64,000 nucleotides of DNA, from NCBI GenBank assembly GCA_964474885.1, contig CAYYWO010000003.1, positions 86,226 to 150,225 of the forward strand. Reading direction: 5' to 3'. The stretch is from Candidatus Hadarchaeota archaeon (GTDB taxonomy: Archaea; Hadarchaeota; Hadarchaeia; Hadarchaeales; JAWBSP01). Made by a program: the position numbers and the translations under genes. The notes below the pieces were generated by a model. The model was given only the letters and a program-made list of their open reading frames with translations, made no database searches and was not told where the DNA came from. Positions 59,800 through 64,000 of this stretch are shown here, piece by piece. The stretch's first letter is position 1, and every line of letters begins with the position of its first letter.

Positions 59800-60627
59800 T
59801 TATAAAACCTCCAGCGAAAAGTCCACGGGCGATGGACGCATGGTCATGTAGCTGGAGGATATGACATCAGGTTTTAGCTCTGCGTATTCCCTCACGTTCG
59901 ACGGATTCACCCCTCCGGAGATCTCCAATATTATCTTGTCCCTGAGCCCTTCCCTTTCCAGCATCTGAACGGTTTTTCTGACATCCTCAACGGAGAAGTT
60001 ATCAAGCATGACTATGTCCGCCCCTAGCCTAGCTGCTTCGACAGCCTCCCTCGGCGTTTCAGCCTCCACCTCTATCTTCTTGGTGAAGCTGCATTTAGAA
60101 AGTTTTAAAGCCTTCTCTATTCCTCCGAGGATCTTTATCTGGTTAGATTTGAGAAGCATGCAGTCATCCAGCCTCAGCCTGTGGGGGTCTCCTCCTCCAA
60201 TTTCTACAGCCTTCTTATCGAAAATGGGGAGGATGGTCTTTCTTGTTGATGCTATGATGACCCCGGGATGAGTCTGTTTTGCTAGCTCAACCATCTGGGC
60301 GGTGGTGGTGGCGATGCCGCTCATCCACATCAGCAAGTTCAGGGCGACGCGCTCAGCCGAGAACACATCCGCGGCCCGTCCTCTCACAATTATGATACGC
60401 TCCCCTCCTCTGAGCTTGCTCCCGTCCTGCTTTAGGATTCGGGCATCGGCACCAACCAGGGTAAAAGCATATTGAGCTTCCTCAGTACCCGCAAGGATGC
60501 CTCCGCTCTTCGCGAAGATGCAGGCTTTGATTTTTTTGCTCACACCCTTACTCGCCAGATCACCAAACCCGACATCATCCAGTAACATCTCTTGGATCTT
60601 CTGCCGGGCCAGGGGGGATAGCATCAT
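59800..60627 (-). CDS. nadC: Nicotinate-nucleotide pyrophosphorylase (carboxylating)
   Basis: ERVALN..SGIAT, STRKT, GGGDPHR, IEVE, MLDNF, SGG. Confidence 0.92.
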   Translation of the reverse strand: MMLSPLARQKIQEMLLDDVGFGDLASKGVSKKIKACIFAKSGGILAGTEEAQYAFTLVGADARILKQDGSKLRGGERIIIVRGRAADVFSAERVALNLLMWMSGIATTTAQMVELAKQTHPGVIIASTRKTILPIFDKKAVEIGGGDPHRLRLDDCMLLKSNQIKILGGIEKALKLSKCSFTKKIEVEAETPREAVEAARLGADIVMLDNFSVEDVRKTVQMLEREGLRDKIILEISGGVNPSNVREYAELKPDVISSSYMTMRPSPVDFSLEVL

Positions 60628-60650
60628 AGATGAGCTGCCTCCGTCATAAA

Positions 60651-61403
60651 ATGATGAGTTATCCCGCGGAGATCTTCAGCTCCCTTCAGGGTGAGGGCCT
60701 GCTGGCCGGTAGGAGGCAAATCTTCATCAGGCTTTCAGGCTGCCCCCTTAGGTGTATCTACTGTGACACAAGCCAGCTCTGGAAGCCCTCTGAGTTCTGC
60801 AGGGTGGAAACCTCCCCCGGCTCCGGGAAGTTCCAGAGGGTGAAGAATCCAATGCCAGTCCGGAGGATCTTGAGCTATGTTCGTAGCCTGAGGACGCCGG
60901 ACCTGCACAGCGTCTCCGTAACTGGGGGTGAACCGCTCACGAGCCCCCTGCTCCCGGAAATCCTCGTGTCCTTGAAGTCTAACGGATTTAGAACCTATCT
61001 CGAGACGGCTGGGGTAAGCGTGGTTAAACTCAGGGAAGTGGTGGACAAACTGGATTACGTCTCCATAGACGTGAAACTCCCAGATCACCGTGCGGTGCCG
61101 AGGAGTGAGTGGAGGGACTTGTTTCTGCGGGAGGTAGACTGTATCCGGGTGGCAATGGAAAGTGGGGTTGATACCTTCGCTAAGATTGTGCTCTTGGACT
61201 CGACTGAGGAGAAAAGTCTCAGGGAGATCTTTTCTTTGCTGGCGCGGACAGGCGTGCGGATAGTTCTTCAGCCAGTCACTCCGATAAGAGGGATCAAGCC
61301 ACCTTCTCCCCAAAAGCTGCTCTGGTGGTCCCAGCTGGCGGCATCAAGCGGGCTGGATGTCCGGGTTTTACCTCAGCTGCACAAATTTATGGGATTGCCA
61401 TGA
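60651..61403 (+). CDS. queE: 7-carboxy-7-deazaguanine synthase (radical SAM)
   Basis: EIFSSLQGEG, CPLRCIYCDT, TGGEP, LPQLHK. Confidence 0.92.
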   Translation: MMSYPAEIFSSLQGEGLLAGRRQIFIRLSGCPLRCIYCDTSQLWKPSEFCRVETSPGSGKFQRVKNPMPVRRILSYVRSLRTPDLHSVSVTGGEPLTSPLLPEILVSLKSNGFRTYLETAGVSVVKLREVVDKLDYVSIDVKLPDHRAVPRSEWRDLFLREVDCIRVAMESGVDTFAKIVLLDSTEEKSLREIFSLLARTGVRIVLQPVTPIRGIKPPSPQKLLWWSQLAASSGLDVRVLPQLHKFMGLP

Positions 61404-61855
61404 GGCTCTCGGTTAGGGGTCTTCACTTCAGCGGAGCCCACTTCCTGGTCTCCCATGAGAAGTGTGAGCACCTCCACGGCCATAACTGGCTGGTAACGGT
61501 GAGGTTGGAGGGGGAAGTGGGGGAGAGGGGGATGCTCATGGATTTCCTCAAACTGAACGAAGTTGTTTCGAGCGAGTGCGGTAAACTGGATCACAAGGTT
61601 CTTTTGCCCTCCATGAACCCGCAGGTCTCCATCCAGCAGTCGGGCGATGAAATCGAAGTGAAAGTGCCCGGCAAGAGGTTCGTCTTCCCGGTCTCGGATG
61701 TCATGATTCTCCCGCTTAGAGAGGTAACGGCAGAAGAACTGGCGAACTACCTGCTGCACCAGATCGCCCCCAAACTCCCCAGTAACATCCGTGTCATCGA
61801 AGTTGAAGTAGAAGAATCCCCTGGCAAGTCTGCACTGAGTAGGAAGGAGTTATAG
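61400..61855 (+). CDS. queD: 6-carboxytetrahydropterin synthase
   Basis: FSGAH, CEHLHGHNW, LDHK, TAEELA. Confidence 0.9.
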   Translation: MRLSVRGLHFSGAHFLVSHEKCEHLHGHNWLVTVRLEGEVGERGMLMDFLKLNEVVSSECGKLDHKVLLPSMNPQVSIQQSGDEIEVKVPGKRFVFPVSDVMILPLREVTAEELANYLLHQIAPKLPSNIRVIEVEVEESPGKSALSRKEL

Positions 61856-61877
61856 TTCAGCCGGTATCGTTCGGGAT

Positions 61878-61952
61878 GGGGTCGTGGGGTAGCCTGGTCT
61901 ATCCTGCCGGCTTTGGGAGCCGGTGACCTGGGTTCGAATCCCAGCGACCCCA
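61878..61952 (+). tRNA. tRNA-Pro(TGG)
   Basis: GGGGTCG/CGACCCC acceptor; CCGGC-TTTGGGA-GCCGG; TTCGAAT. Confidence 0.95.
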
Positions 61953-61993
61953 CCTCGCGGCACGCAGAACGTTCTTCCAGAGGGAAAGCTACT

Positions 61994-62227
61994 TCAAACC
62001 ACTTTAAACCACTTAGTTACTTTCTCGAAGAAGGGTCTCAGCTCCTGCAATTCCCTAGCCAATTTCGAAACTTCCTCGACATCCACCCCCTTACCCTGAA
62101 CATGAAGGTCAAAATCTCCAAAGGCAGGGAGAAATACTTCACCGTAGGCATGAAGTGATTGAGGCCTGGCGACCAGTACAGCTCCCAGGCCTGGGCCCAG
62201 GTGCGGTGATTTCGGACTTTCTTTCAT
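61994..62227 (-). pseudogene. Possible gene fragment downstream of tRNA-Pro
   Basis: C-terminal half looks like an amphipathic helix (VDVEEVSKLARELQELRPFFEK); no recognisable family. Confidence 0.25.
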
Positions 62228-62458
62228 GAGGCATTGATGTCAAGGGACCCCTGACATCCAGGAGTGGAGGAAGCACGCACCCATAGTCGACGAAGTCCAA
62301 TGCTAGTAACGGCGGGTTTCTGTAGCCGCTATAATTGTAGCTAGGCTCCCAAAAATTGTCCCGGGAGGTGATGTTGGTATAGGGAAATTGGAAAGTTAAA
62401 GAAGCTCTTGCCTCATGTCCGTCGAACCTCGTTTCATATAGGCTAAGTTAAAAATTTG

Positions 62459-63241
62459 ATGCGCATAGCTTTGGTGGGCTGTGGTGCGGTTGGCAAGAGT
62501 ATAGCAGGGGGCATCGATCGAGGACTGGTCGAAGGGATTGAGCTCTCTTGGGTGTACGATAAGCGCCCGGAGAGGGCTAGGGAGTTATGTGCCCGCCTGT
62601 CGAGACCCCCCAAAGTAGCGTCCAACCTGGATGAGATTTTGGACGACGAATCGGTTCAGCTCGTGATTGAGGCAGCTTCACACGAGGCCGTGCGTCAATA
62701 TGCCTCTCGGGTTCTCAGCTCGGGCAAAAACCTGATGGTCCTGAGCGTGGGTGCCCTCCTGGATCAGGAATTGTTGCAGGAATTGCTTTCGATTTCGGGT
62801 CGGACGGGTGCCCGTTTGATAGTACCCTCTGGCGCAGTCGGAGGGATAGATGCCCTTAAAGCCCTCAGTGCCTCGGAGGTTCAAGAAGTGGAATTGACAT
62901 CTACAAAGAACCCGAAGAGTTTAGGACTGAGCGTGGAGGAGAGGCAGCTAGTCTTCGAGGGAGACGCACGCCTAGCCGTCAGGAAGTTCCCACGTTCTCT
63001 CAACATAGCCGCAACGCTGGCTTTGGTGGCGGGTCCCGATAAAGTAAGGGTGAAGCTTTTTGCAGATCCTGATATAGAGACGACCGTCCATGAGCTGAAA
63101 ATAGTTTCGAAGGCTGGCGAGTTTTATGCGAGGATAAAGAGCCCTCCCAGCAAGGATAACCCCAAAACGAGCATGGTGACCCCCTTCTCGGTTCTGTGCT
63201 TGCTCCGTGAGCTATTCCAGAACTTCAAGGTCGGCACCTGA
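62459..63241 (+). CDS. nadX: L-aspartate dehydrogenase
   Basis: GCGAVG, IEAAS, SVGAL, PSGAVGGID, NIAATL, NPKTS. Confidence 0.92.
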   Translation: MRIALVGCGAVGKSIAGGIDRGLVEGIELSWVYDKRPERARELCARLSRPPKVASNLDEILDDESVQLVIEAASHEAVRQYASRVLSSGKNLMVLSVGALLDQELLQELLSISGRTGARLIVPSGAVGGIDALKALSASEVQEVELTSTKNPKSLGLSVEERQLVFEGDARLAVRKFPRSLNIAATLALVAGPDKVRVKLFADPDIETTVHELKIVSKAGEFYARIKSPPSKDNPKTSMVTPFSVLCLLRELFQNFKVGT

Positions 63242-63931
63242 CAAGGGGCAGATTTCAGGTATTTTACCCTTTAGCCCGAGGATGCTACCCTTTATTATTA
63301 CAACACCTCTGATTCCCTCCATCTGATCGACAAGCTCCAGTCCTTTTTTCACGGCCTCCCTGTCTCCTCCTCGGACGACGTTTCCAATTGCGGTTGCGCA
63401 GGCATCTGCCAAACTCGCTTGATCCGCTATGACGACCGTAGCATCAGACCAACCAAAACTCAGGGAGTGCCCCACGGTTCCCGAGCTAGTGCAAATTCCT
63501 GCGGGCAGGTCACTCTTCCTGAGCCTAAGAGCAAGCTCTCCGCTTAGGGGCGAGGAGCCAGCGTAAATGCCGACGGTGAATTGGGTGGAGCCCATGGCTT
63601 GGATATCGCCACCGTTCTCAACAGCGATGCTTTTCCCAGTCTTCTGCCATCCCGCCTCGCAGGCTACTTCAGCAATGGCCCCCGCAACTGCGGCAAAAGG
63701 ACCTACTTCTGCTTTTTTGGCAGCACCCAGCATCAGCTCTATGACTCTCGGATGCTCCCCGCCCAAGTCGATCGGCTCCAGTGAGAACCTGAACTCAGGG
63801 TATTTTGCAACATAACTTTCCACTATCTGCCGAGCCCTCAAGGCCTCATTGATTGCGATCTCTATGGCCTTTTGGTCCTCCGCCACAATTCTAAGTTTGG
63901 TTTCTTTGTACTCCCACGTCCGGCTGAGCAG
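63212..63931 (-). CDS. UPF0280/ApbE-like protein, probable CTG start
   Basis: VGPFAAVAG, VENGGDI, GICTSSGTVGHSLSFG, ADACATAIGN; upstream in-frame extension (L)LSRTWEYKETKLRI. Confidence 0.85.
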   Translation of the reverse strand: MLSRTWEYKETKLRIVAEDQKAIEIAINEALRARQIVESYVAKYPEFRFSLEPIDLGGEHPRVIELMLGAAKKAEVGPFAAVAGAIAEVACEAGWQKTGKSIAVENGGDIQAMGSTQFTVGIYAGSSPLSGELALRLRKSDLPAGICTSSGTVGHSLSFGWSDATVVIADQASLADACATAIGNVVRGGDREAVKKGLELVDQMEGIRGVVIIKGSILGLKGKIPEICPLSGADLEVLE

Positions 63932-64000
63932 TGAACCACCCCCACCTCCCGCAAGAAGCTTCCTGCTTCAAAGACGGGGCATGCCCAGCGACGGCTGAAG

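Overview
A compact archaeal chromosomal segment with many overlapping genes and frequent GTG/TTG starts. The gene content points to an anaerobic, probably thermophilic euryarchaeal-type lineage; Hadarchaeota-like is my inference only. Housekeeping genes include ribosomal proteins, aIF2-alpha, SecY, Rpo7/Spt4, Cbf5/Nop10, AspRS, ArgRS, GatD, thermosome, Alba, shikimate pathway, a four-subunit 2-oxoacid:ferredoxin oxidoreductase with NfnAB/SudAB, an H+-pyrophosphatase, and NAD, preQ0, thiazole and polyamine genes. There are seven tRNAs, one with an intron. The most notable items are: a eukaryote-type topoisomerase IB with Gly and Ser at the human camptothecin-resistance positions D533 and N722; a coupled RlmD-like methyltransferase / Maf / TtuA operon that could make m5s2U and sanitise the nucleotide pool; a type IV pilus locus with KaiC-like and MinD ATPases and an uncalled Zn-ribbon gene; Spt4 with an inserted second Zn ribbon; an extended DUF106 insertase; a tRNA-Gly lacking U33; two probable CTG starts; and decayed gene remnants beside tRNA 3' ends. 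I saw no CRISPR array, rRNA, integrase or transposase. All product calls come from motif recognition and gene order, not database searches.
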